Virus record (IMG/VR): IMGVR_UViG_3300025936_000016
Coordinates: 1-64,000 of that record
DNA from: a virus
Taxonomy: Duplodnaviria > Caudoviricetes
Strand: one strand, 5' to 3'
DNA length: 64,000 nt
Within the stretch, counting starts at the first letter, position 1. Each line of letters starts with the position of its first letter. Of the stretch, positions 52,237 to 63,600 are shown one piece after another. Under the pieces are notes generated by a model. That model had not been told where the DNA came from. It worked only from the letters and a program-made list of their open reading frames with translations, and searched no databases. The translations under genes and the position numbers were made by a program.

Positions 52237-53318
52237 TGGCCATCCGATTCAAGGGCCTTATCGCCCCGACCGAGGTTCCCACTGGGGACGGCCGAATCTT
52301 CGCCGCCGGCAAGATGACCCACCGCCCCACGCCCATGCCCCTGATGGTGCGGTTCGGCTCTGGGGGACATGAGGGTGCCACGGTCGTAGGCAAGATCAAT
52401 CGCATCTACCAAGGCCCAGGGGGCTACTGGGCTGACGGCGAATTCCTTGACCCGTCCATGGTGCCCGAGGTGCCCAAGGCCATCTACATGCTCAATCAAA
52501 AGGTCATGGGGCCCTCGGTAGACCTGGACCGGGACTTCACTGTGGAGGCCATCAAGCACCCGGTCCGGCCTGACAAGAAGGCTGCCCTGTTCAAGGAGTA
52601 CAACGTCATCGGCACCACCCTGGTCCCGATGCCAGCCTTCCACCAGGTCCACATGGCTGTGGATAACAGTGAGGACAAGGCACTCCTGGCCTCGGTGATG
52701 CCGGACCTGGACATTGACGCCTGGGTCAGCTTCGACGTCAACGGGGACTCCTGGAAGCACTGGCCGGTGGCCCCTCGGGACTATCGCTACGACGCGGACG
52801 ATGCCGTCAAGCGCATCGCCTACTGGGCCGGCATCGGGTCCGAGAACCCGAGCCTGGATCGGTACGCCTCGGCGTTCCTATGGCGCAATGGCAACCAGAC
52901 TGGCGACAGCCTGGCACAGGACTCTTTCCGCCTGCCGCTATGCGACATCATCAACAACGAGCCGCACCTTATCTACCACGCGGCCTATGCGGCAGCGGCA
53001 CTTCTTTCCGGCGCCCACGGCGGCCTGCCGAACATTCCCCAGGAAGACAAGCAGGCCATGGTCCCGGTCATCAACGAGATCTACGCCTCCTTGGCCCAGA
53101 CGTTCCAGGATGCCAACCTGACATCTCCATTCCAGCAGAGCATCCGGCAGGGACAGCAGGCCTCTATCAACACTGATGAGGACTGTGGCTGTTCCGAGGA
53201 ATTTGCCCCATTGCCTCCGGCGGATGTTCGCCGGAGCATAGACGAAGAAAAGGACGCCTATGACGCCGAAGGTGATCATGTCTTCGACAATGGTGTCTGT
53301 ATGAAGTGCGGGTACTAG
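52236..53318 (+). CDS. putative capsid maturation protease-like protein (N-terminal part)
   Basis: TGDGR...H.GA.VVG.I...GPSVD...TLVPMPAF; head-gene position. Confidence 0.65.
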   Translation: MAIRFKGLIAPTEVPTGDGRIFAAGKMTHRPTPMPLMVRFGSGGHEGATVVGKINRIYQGPGGYWADGEFLDPSMVPEVPKAIYMLNQKVMGPSVDLDRDFTVEAIKHPVRPDKKAALFKEYNVIGTTLVPMPAFHQVHMAVDNSEDKALLASVMPDLDIDAWVSFDVNGDSWKHWPVAPRDYRYDADDAVKRIAYWAGIGSENPSLDRYASAFLWRNGNQTGDSLAQDSFRLPLCDIINNEPHLIYHAAYAAAALLSGAHGGLPNIPQEDKQAMVPVINEIYASLAQTFQDANLTSPFQQSIRQGQQASINTDEDCGCSEEFAPLPPADVRRSIDEEKDAYDAEGDHVFDNGVCMKCGY

Positions 53319-53335
53319 GAAGAGGTTGAGAGCAA

Positions 53336-54595
53336 ATGCCTGACGTGAACATCTACGTGGGGGACGCGGCTCCCGTTACTTCCGGGACCGCCGCCACGAA
53401 CATGACGTACACCGGAACCTTCGCCGCCAAGGAGCCATACGGCAACGTCAAGTACGCCGACCCTGGCTACCAGGATGACGGCGTCAAGAGGTACCCCCTG
53501 GACTCAGAGGAGCACTGCCGGGCCGCCTGGTCCTACATCAACATGCCCAAGAATGCCGCCAAGTACAGCCCTGAGGAACTGAAGTCGATCAAGGGGCGTA
53601 TCCAAAAGGCATTGGAGAAGTACGGTGTCCAGACCGCCGATTCTGAATCAAGTCAAATGGCTAGTGGTGTCGAGGTACTGGAGACTGATCACGAAGGGGC
53701 CGCTCTCCTCGCGAGCGTTGCACCATTGTCGCCGCCGGCCGAATGGTTCCAGGACCCTAAGTTCAAGGCGCCCACGAAGCTGACCATCACCGACGACGGT
53801 CAGGTCTTCGGACACCTGGCCCAGTGGAAGGTGTGCCACGTCGGCATCGGCCGGGCCTGTGTCATGGCCCCTAAGACCCGGACCGGCTATGGCCTGTTCC
53901 GGGTGGGCACCGTCCTGGCCGATGACGGCAGCCAGGTGGGCATTGGCAAGATAACCCTTGGCACCGGTCACGCCGACGCCCAGTGGGGCATCGTGCCCAG
54001 CCGCGAGCACTACGACAACACCGGGTGGGCCGCAGCCGTCGTCAACATCGGCGAGGACCGGCACGGCATCTGGGTGTCCGGTGCCTTGACCACGACGATG
54101 ACCCCGGAGAGGGTCGCTGAGCTTCGGGCCTCGGCTCTGTCCGGCGACTGGCGTGAGGTCAACGGCAATCTGGAACTCATCGCGGCCTTGGCCGTGAACA
54201 ACCCCGGCTTCCCCATCTACCGGGAGCAAGGTGGACATGCCTTCAGCCTCATGGCCGTGGGTGTCATCGGACAGGAGGAGGAGAACGTGGGCACAGATGT
54301 CAGCACCGAGTTCTCGGGTGATTTCAATGGCGATGAGGCACCGAGCGTGGACGGAGAAGAGCCGGAGGTGGACCCAGAGCTGTCCGCCAGGGCCGCTCGC
54401 CTGGAGGCCATCGACGAGGACCTGGAGGCCTTTAACCAGGACCGTCGGGCTGCTCAGCTAGCCGCCATTGACGAGGAGAGAATGCAGCTGGCCGAGCGCA
54501 AGTCGCCGCCAGCCGGATCCGTCTCTCCTACTAACCTGGATGACGAGATCTTCATCCAGTACAACGCACGGTTCCGGGCCCTCGCTCAGGAGTAG
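53336..54595 (+). CDS. putative capsid maturation protease/scaffold-like protein (C-terminal part)
   Basis: RYPLD..H.RAAWSYI; PPAEWF..P, GHLA.W..CH, SGDWR, AVN.PGFP. Confidence 0.65.
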   Translation: MPDVNIYVGDAAPVTSGTAATNMTYTGTFAAKEPYGNVKYADPGYQDDGVKRYPLDSEEHCRAAWSYINMPKNAAKYSPEELKSIKGRIQKALEKYGVQTADSESSQMASGVEVLETDHEGAALLASVAPLSPPAEWFQDPKFKAPTKLTITDDGQVFGHLAQWKVCHVGIGRACVMAPKTRTGYGLFRVGTVLADDGSQVGIGKITLGTGHADAQWGIVPSREHYDNTGWAAAVVNIGEDRHGIWVSGALTTTMTPERVAELRASALSGDWREVNGNLELIAALAVNNPGFPIYREQGGHAFSLMAVGVIGQEEENVGTDVSTEFSGDFNGDEAPSVDGEEPEVDPELSARAARLEAIDEDLEAFNQDRRAAQLAAIDEERMQLAERKSPPAGSVSPTNLDDEIFIQYNARFRALAQE

Positions 54596-54603
54596 GTGGC
54601 TCT

Positions 54604-57600
54604 GTGGTCACGGTCGACGTTGACGGAATGTTGGACTTTTGGTCTGACGATATCGGGGCCGGCATTGCGCCTGTCACGATGCTCAGCTCTGCCTTCTCGA
54701 CCGAGTTCTCGGCCCTGGGCGATGCCGTCCGGGGCCAGTGGAAGCCGGATCTGCACCCTCGTGACTCCCACGGCCGGTTCCGGGATAAGTGGACCCTCTC
54801 TCCCAAGGCCCGACAGATTGTGGAGCGGATCCTCGCCGGGTTCGATCCAGTAGAGCTGAAGTCCGACAACCATGCCGCCAGCTACCTGAACCAACACAAG
54901 AAGCCACGCAGCAAGGGTCAGGAAGCAACCCTCGACTACTTCCTGACCCGCGAAGGCAACGAGGACATCCAGTCCTCGCTCCGGGCTGGTCTCGACACGA
55001 AGCGCCCCAGCACCCAGGGCACTCGTGTCCGGGACCTCGACGGCATGATGGCCCCACTCGACAATGACCTGATCCTGAGCCGGGTCGTGGGGCCAGACGC
55101 TTTTGGTCTTCCTCCGGAGCGTATTGGCGAGGTGGAGGAGTGGACCGGGAAGCTGATCGATGACCTGGGCTATGCGCCTACAAACATCGGCACCCCACAT
55201 CCCATCGAGGGCCCGCACATTGAGATGCGGATCCTTGCCCCCAGGGGCACCAAGGCGATTGTCAAGGGTGATGGCTCCCGGACCGTGGTGCTGGATCGGG
55301 AACAGCCGCTCCAGCTGGACAAGATCCAAAGCGATGGCCGTGGCGGCTTCTACATCCTCGCCACTGTCATGCCCCGGAGTGGTTCTGGTACTGCTCCCCG
55401 GGCCCTGGGCCGGGAACTGGCTCCTGGTGAGAAGTCTCCAGCCATTGAGGCCACGCCTGATGAGTTGGCCCGTCGTGGCCTGACCCCTGAGGGTAGTCCC
55501 CTGCCGCAGAGCCTGCCTCCGGCTGGGACGCCGGCACCGAATGAGCAGCCGGTTCAGCCCAACATCCCGCCGGCTCAGGGTCCACCAGCAGAGACCAAGC
55601 CTGTAGCTGAGGTCCCGCTTGGTGCCGGCAAGGTCGTTGGGCCGGACACAAAGGTCGCACCTCGGGAGAAGATCGCAGGGCCTGAGTCCAAGCAGGTCAT
55701 GCCCGAGGACCAGGCCCGTTTGGCCGATGAGCAGCGACGCATCGATAAGCGTCAAGCGGCATTGGACGCACGGGAAGCTCGTATGGCCCGCCTCCAGGAG
55801 CTTGACAACCAGCGCCTGCGCCAAGAGAACGAGCAACTACGTCAGCAGGTCGAGGGCACGCCGCCAGCGCCAGAGGCCCCGGCGCCCATCCGTGCCGACC
55901 GGGAAACTCAGACGAGCCTGACTCGGACCGAGGCTCAGAAGGACGCGGACGTTGTTCGCCGGTACCAGAAGCTGCGCGATGAGCCTGGGTTCCCGCGCAA
56001 CTCGGACGAGGAGCGGATCCAGCAGCGGGCCGAGCAGGTCATGGCCGGAAAGCCCACGCCCGAGCCGACGAAGCGTGCGCCCAGGAAGGCGGCGCCAGCT
56101 AAAGCAGCTCCGGTCAAGGCCGCTAAGGCTGCTCCTGCCGCCAAGAAGGCAGCCCCCGTCAAAAAGGCTGCGCCCGCTAAGGCAGCACCAGCTAAGGCTG
56201 TGCCTGAAGCAGCACCACGGCCAGCCTCTAGCGAGGTTGTCGACATTGCACTGAGGGGCGAGACCCCTGGATCCACGCCAGCTCGTGGGTACATTCAGAA
56301 CGCCAGAAGGATCAACCGGAACGGCGGCACTCCCAGCGAAGTAGCCGACGAGCTACGCCGTGGAGCCGAGGAGCTGCGTACCGGTGAACCCTTGTCCGAA
56401 GGCGACATGCCCGATCGTTTGGGGCATGACGAGCAAGATCTACGCGACATTACCCGGTCGGATGCATCCACATTGGAGCGGATGGCTGACCAGGTAGAGG
56501 CAGCTGCTGCCACGCCTGAACCGGCCAAGGCCGTTAAGGCTGCCCCCGTCAAAAAGGTTGCTGCACCCAGGGCAGCCAGGCCCACGTCCATCACCCAGCT
56601 ACGTCGCGAAGCCACCCAGCTCAAGGTTCCCGGTCGCAGCACCATGGACCGGGACCAGTTGGAAGCGGCTCTGGAGGCTCGACGGAAGCGAGAAGGCGAA
56701 AGCGACGAGGCCCATGCGGCCAGGCTCGCAGAACTCAACGCACCCAAGCGTCCAGTCAAGAAGGCTGCACCCGCCAAGGCGGCAGCGACTAAGGCCACGC
56801 CAGCCAAGAAGGTGGCACCCATTAAGGCGGCCTCGGCCGCTGAGCCTGGCAGCCTGGTCGATGAGCTGAATAACGACCCCAACGTGGACCTTGGTCGGGC
56901 GCCAGGGAACAAGCTCGACGACGCCGGGGAAACGATCCGCCGGTACGCCGGTGAGGGCTCGGACACACCAGAGTCGCTACGGGAGCGGGCCGATCTCCTG
57001 GAGCGTTCGGCTGATATCGACCGACGCCTTGCCGGAATCATCAACGACCCTGGAGAGGTTCAGGACGGGGCCAGTCGCAAGGATGCGGCAGCAGCAGCAT
57101 TTCGGCGTCGTGCCGATCGGCTAGAGGCTGGCGCCCCACCAGCCAAGAAGGTTGCCCCTGCCGCCAAGGCCACGCCTGAAAAGGCCATGACCAAGGAAGA
57201 GGCTGACGCTGAGGCCTACCGCCGACAGCGGGAGCGTGTGGCTGAGATCCGTCGCGAGACCCGGGCTCGGGACGAGGAGCGCAAGAAGAACCGGACCCCG
57301 GAACAGGTCCAACGCGACGAGGCAGAAACGGCCAGGATCCAGGAGCTGGCGAAGAGGACCGGCGCCAGGGTCGAACGCGAAAATGCTGAAGCCGATGCGG
57401 CAATCCGCGACATCACCACGCCCTGGAAGAACATGGCCAGGGTCGAGGACAAGGACCTCAGCGACTTTGACCGGGTCGGAATCGACCTAGTCGCGGATCA
57501 GCTTCGTCACAAGCGCATCTCCAAGGCCGAAGCAGCACGCCGCCTGTCCAGGCCAGATGAGCCTGACGATTCACCTATGAACCGGATCGCCAAGGCGATC

Positions 57601-60600
57601 ACGGCACCCAGGTCGATAACCCTGGCCCAGAAGAAGGCCCGCGCCCGGAAGTGGGGCCAGAAGCATGGCTATGAGGGCCGAGCTGGTGGCTGGATCCATG
57701 ACTCCAAGGGCAAGCCGGTAGCCCATGGCTGGGACGCGCTGTACAACCAGCACACGGATGCCATCGAGAAGGACACTGCACCATCCGTCAGGGCAACTCC
57801 GGCCAAGAAGGCCACTGGACCCACGTTCAAGGAGCGGGTGGCTGCCGCCAGGAAGGAAGGACCACCGCCCCCGGAGACCCCAGGGCAGGAAGCGGCCAGG
57901 GAGCGGAGGCACCAGCAGGCCCTAAGGCGCATTGAGAATAGGAAGAAGGCGGAAAGCGCCGACGTCCAGGCTCACAACGAGGCCAGAAGGATCATCACCT
58001 CTGACGGTCAGGTCAATTCCAGTAACCTGCGCCAGGCCTTGGTCGACGCCCATGGTGAGGCAGCCCGGTCGCGCGTCCTTGAGAGTCTCGACACGAACCT
58101 CAACCGACAGCGCAAGGGCACTCGGTTCTATGGTGAGAAGCTGCCGGCCACGGAATGGCGCAAGATCGCACGTGACCTTGGTGTCAAGGGCATGGCTCGT
58201 AGCGACAGCCCCACCATCAAGGCTGCCATTCTCAAGAACTTCGCCGACGTAGACGAGGCCCGCAAGGCAGACATTCAGGCCCGTAACGCATCCGTAAAGG
58301 ACCGTAGTCGGGATGTCATTGAGGCACAGGCGATCCTTGACTCCGCCAAGAAGGACCCCCACTACCACAAGCGTGGCGGTTGGGGCAGGAACTCGTTTGA
58401 CACTGACCGGGGCGGGGACCTGCTCGGCGAGAAGATAGCCGAGGCCCAGGGCTTCGACCAGCTGCCTGAGGTTGTAAGTCGGGAGGAGTTCGAGCAGCGT
58501 CGCGGCAAGGACATTGGGCTGGTCCTGTACCGGGGCGTCAACACCACGGGCCGGGCCGAGCCTGGTATGGGCGGGGAGTTCAAGGGCAAGCCAGCCTCCG
58601 AGGTTCATGACGAGTTCCGCGAAGGCCGCTACCACATGGGTATCGGGTCCTTTGGCAACGGCACCTACATGACCAGGAACAGCCAGCACGCCAAGGGTTA
58701 CAGCGACCTGACCGAAGGTGCTGTGGCCCGGTACGGCCTGTCGAAAGACGCCAAGATCGTTGAGCTTCCCGACCTGATCGATGAGCACAACAAGTACATG
58801 GAGGGTCTGCCAGAGACCAGCCGTCTGCGCAGGGTCTTCGGCGACGACATCGGCCGCTACGCCATGTCTCGGGGTTACGACGCCATCCACGTGCCCCGTG
58901 GCTCTCAGGCCATTGGCGTGGGGCCTGAGGGCGCCAAGGACCAGTACGTCATCCTGAACCGGGGCAAGGTCATTGCCGAGGCACCTGGGGCTGTTGGCAC
59001 TGTGGCTGAGGCCCGAAAGGCCGTCCGTGCCAAGAAGGCCGTTCCTCGTGCTGCTGGCAGGACTGGCGACGGGGACCGGGTCGACTTCGAGGGCATGACT
59101 CCGCCACAAAAGGCCCTCAGCAAGAGGGCTGCCAAGGGTATTGCTGCCCGGGTGGCAGCCAAGCAAGAGCCTGAGGCTCCGCCGGCCAAGGCGGTTAAGG
59201 CGGTCCCTAAGGCAATGCCTGCAGCCAAGAAGGCAGCGGCGCCTAAGTTCCTGCGCCCACTTGCTGACGGCACGCCCAGGAAGAGTGCCACGAACCTTGA
59301 AGTTGGTGACATTGCCTCTAACTCGTATCGACGGGACCGGCCCCCGATGCGAGTCACCAAGTTGGAGCGCAACGGAAACAACATCTCGGTCACTTTCGAG
59401 GATGGGTCAGTCGACCGTGCTGGCGTCAACTGGGCGTATTGGATCGGTCCCCGTGGTGGGGCCAAGAAGGCTGCTCCTGGGCCTGGGCCAGCACCTCTTC
59501 CCCCTGGCCAGGGTCGCGCTGTCACCAAGGCGCTACCGATCCAGGCCAGTACCCCAGGCGAGAACCCAGCTGTTCGACCAGGCGGAAAGATTGCCCTAGG
59601 CAGACTTCGCCAAGGCGACACAGTTCTGGTCCACAAGAACGACGATGGGACCTATCGTCCTGCCTCCCGTAAGACGGGCGCCATCCCGGTAAAGGTGGAT
59701 CGGGTCGAGCAAGTTGCCGCCACTGGCGGATTCCGGCGGACCACCAACCGGATGGCGGTCATAGGCACGGACCCGGATGGGAACGAAATCACGGTTGGCT
59801 ACAGCCCTGCCTCCCGTCGAGGGGAAGGGTTCCCTGGTCACCAGACCTTTATGTACGTCCCTAAGTCAGAGCCTGTCAAGGCAGCCAAGAAGGCCGCCCC
59901 AGCGAAGGCAGTAAAGGCTGCTCCGGCCAAGGTTGCCAAGGCTGCTGTCCCGGCCGCTGCACCTGAAGGTATCCCCGAGCAGCTGCCCACCAGCGTCACG
60001 GCCCTACGGAAGCTGGCCAAGGACAACGGCATCCCTGGTCACAACGAGTTGGGTCCTGACTCCTTGCGCGATGCCCTACGGGCCAAGCGTGAAAATCCTA
60101 ATGTCATCCCTGTTTCTGCTGAGCTGTTCCCGCCAGAGATAAGGGACAAGATCACTCCTGCCGGCCTACGGGAGATTGGCAAAAGCCAAGGAGTTGACCT
60201 CGAAGGCAAGACGACCGACGAGCTGCTTACGGACCTGGTCCGTAAGAGCATGCTCAAGGGTGCAGACGAGAAGGTCGCTAGGGCCACGCGTCAGGAGGCC
60301 CGCAAAGCAGCCGCTGCCAAGAAGCTCAGCGAGAAGAACGACAAGTATGGTCCCGACGGTCCATCACACCTCGACCTGGACAAGGTCACCGAGGGCATGG
60401 ACATTGACGCCAGTCACCGTGCTGTGCTTGATGATGCACAGGCCAGGCTGAACAGCGGCGATAGCCCGGCACAGGTAGCTAAGGAGCTGAGGGACCGGGC
60501 CCAGGGCCTGGAAACTCACAACGCCTATGTAAATGGTGGCTGGGGTCACGACGTACATCGAGCCATGGATCCCCTCACGCCGGAGGAGCGAGCCAAGGCC

Positions 60601-63600
60601 AAGGCTGACGACAAGGCTAAGTACAACGCTGAAAAGGCCAGGGCCAAGCAACTACGTGACGTTGCCGATCGCCTGGAGAAGACCCGTCGCCCAGTAGCCA
60701 GGAAGGCAGCGCCACCCAAGGCCACGCCTGCCAAGAAGGCCGCCACACCCACGCCCACGGCCAGGGTCGGTAAGGCTTCTGTTGGGCCCGAGCACCAGCG
60801 CAGTCTCCGGGAGGCGGTCAAGAAGGCAGCGCCATCGTCACGCCGTGTCTCTGAAAGGCCATACAACGCGCGTGACCGGAACCGTCTCACCGGCGCTGGG
60901 GACGAAGCGGCACAAGAGCGCATCCGCCAGCGGGCCAATGAGCTGTACGACGGGTCCCGCACTGTGGCTGCCGCCTGGCGCCAGGCCCTGGACGAGCACG
61001 AGGCAGCTAACCCGTTGCCGGGCAAGAAGGCCGTCCCTGCCGTCAAGAAGCTACCCACAACCAAGGTGTCGTTCACGAGGGGCACAAGGGTCCGCGACGA
61101 AAACGGAACCATAGGCCGCGTCACAAGCCTCAGTGACGACGGAAAGCACGTCAATGTCCGTTGGGACAATGGAGTGCTCCAGAGCCATCGCGGCATTGAC
61201 AGCGTCAAGGTCGTTCCGCCTGAGACTGTCAGGAAGGCACCCACCAAGGCAGAGATCAATGGCCTGGGCAACGAAGACGAGGTTGAGGCACTCCTCAAGG
61301 AGCGCAACCCAACCGTGGCCGAGCTTCGGAAACTGGCCACAGAGGTAGGACCTCACGTCAGCACCAAGGGCACCAAGGCCCAGCTGATGAAGAACATTGC
61401 ATCCGGGTCCGAGCCGGGCATGAAGAACCGTCCGGCCAGGCTCTTTGCTGAGCCCAAGGTGCCGGCCAAGAAGGCTGTCCCCAAGGCCACGCGGCCCATG
61501 CGAGTTGGCGACATGGTGCCCGAGGGTGAGACCATCCCTGAACCTAAGGGCCGTCAGGTTTCGTTCCGTAGCGTTCAAGGTGGAGACATTGCCACCTGGG
61601 ATGACAGGGGCACCCTTCGCCGGGGTCGGGTCGTGGACGACGGTCCTCGCCGCCGGTACGTGGACTGGGAGGGTGGACGACGGGAGCGGCTCAACTCGGC
61701 CGCACGTACGGGCGTCACCTTCCACAAGGCCGAGGCCGCTCCGACTAAGGCTGCACCAGCCAAGAAGATAGCCGCCAAGAAGGCTGCACCAGCTGCCGGG
61801 GTCCAGGAGAAGCTGCGCCAGGACGAGGCCGAACGCCTACGGGCCGAGATCAAGAAGGCCTCAGCCCTAGGAAGTCGTGGCGCCGTAAAGCGCCGCAAGC
61901 TACAGGATCGGCTTCAGGGCGTTGAGAATGCCGGACATGCTGAAGACGTAGCGCCCGAGGAGATGACTCCTGACGGCAAGCAGGCCTGGGCCGATTCCTA
62001 CCGCCAGAGCATTCGAGATGGTTTCGGTGACGAAGTAGCACGGCGCAAGGCCGACACCGACGCGTTCAAGGCCGCAATGGCAGACAGGGCTGGTGCTCCT
62101 GCTGCCAAGGTTGCTCCGTCGCCCCGCCGTGGCGAGGTGCATAGCCTGGCCTCCGACCTTGGTATGGACGAGCGCGACGCCAAGCGCATTGACCACCTTC
62201 AGGAAACCACCATCCTCAAGGGCAAGGACATTGGCCGACCTCTGACCCGGGGGGAGATGGCCGACCAGATCGATGACATGATCACGAACCCACTCACCGG
62301 GTTGGAGGAGCAAAGGAAGGACTTCATCAAGAAGCACGACCTGGACAACGCCACCGAGGCACAGGCGCGGATCGACCGCTGGCGTCAGCTTGAGGGTCGC
62401 GTCCGGGCCGCAGCATCAGCTCGTGCTGTCAAGAAGGCCATGCCCGCCAAGAAGGCGGCTCCTGGCGGTCCAGGCGACCTGGCTCCAGAAGAACTGATCG
62501 CGATTCGGGACCTCAGCGCCAAGGGCCATTTCACGGACACCGGCTGGGTCCGGAGCACGGACCTCAAGCCGGAGCAGCGTAAGCACCTGGATGGCTTGGC
62601 CGAGAAGGGCTACGCCGAGAAGCGGACCACAGCCGAAGGCGACTTCTTCCGGATCGACAAGCGTGGGTTCAAGGCCCGGCAGCCCACGGTTGAAGGACAA
62701 GCCCTTGAGGGTGATGTCATTCCGGCTAAGTTGGAGGCAGAACACAGGCTACCGCTACACAAGATCAACCGTGGCGCTGTCATCCAGGCCTATCGTGACC
62801 CCAATGATCCGTCAAAGATCACCAATGTCCCAGAAACAGGCGTAGACCCCAGCCGTGTCGTCCGGGTTCAGGTTCAGCGGATTGACCGTCTGGGCGAGGA
62901 CAAGCAGCCCGTCAAGGGTGCACAGCTGCCTTGGCATGCACGGATCGTTGGCCATGACCTTGATACTGGGCGACGGGTTGATAGTGATGTCAACAGCATC
63001 GGTTCTCATTGGAACTGGGAGCTGAACCCAGACACAGACACCAGTCCTGACATCGAGGGTGAGGTTGTTCAGCCCAAGAAGGCGGTGACGGCAGCCAAGA
63101 AGGCAGTCCCTAAGGCGGCACCAGCAGCCAAGAAGACAGCGCCCGCCAAGAAGGCCGCGCCTCGTGGTTCCACGGAACTCAGCGACCAGGCCAGGATCTA
63201 CGCCCAGGAGCGGCACGACTCCAACGTCAGGATCCAGCACGCTGTCACCCAGACCAAGAAGCCGGCCGGCTCGAACCTGGGCCTGAAGCCATTCCAGAAC
63301 CTGACCAACGACGACATCGACCGGCTGTCGGGGCCTGAGAAGCAGTCCATGACCGACGCCCTGGTCCGGGAACGGGACGCAGCCCCGACCCTGGCCGGCA
63401 AGCGCGAGGCCCTGGACCAGTTGGACCGGCTCCATGGTGGACGCTGGGAGCCACCAGAGGAGGCAACTCCTGAGGCACCCAAGGCGACAATGCCGGAACG
63501 TCGCCCCGAACTCCCACGTGCCATTGACACTTCGGCCAAGCGCCGGCTCTATGTCCAGGACCAAGAGAAGCTGACCCGGGAGCAGTTCGACGCCCTACCT

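Noticed and set aside
53316-53338. Amber read-through fusing 52236-53318 to 53336-54595, or 54595 to the giant ORF
   Set aside because: The downstream ORFs are in different frames
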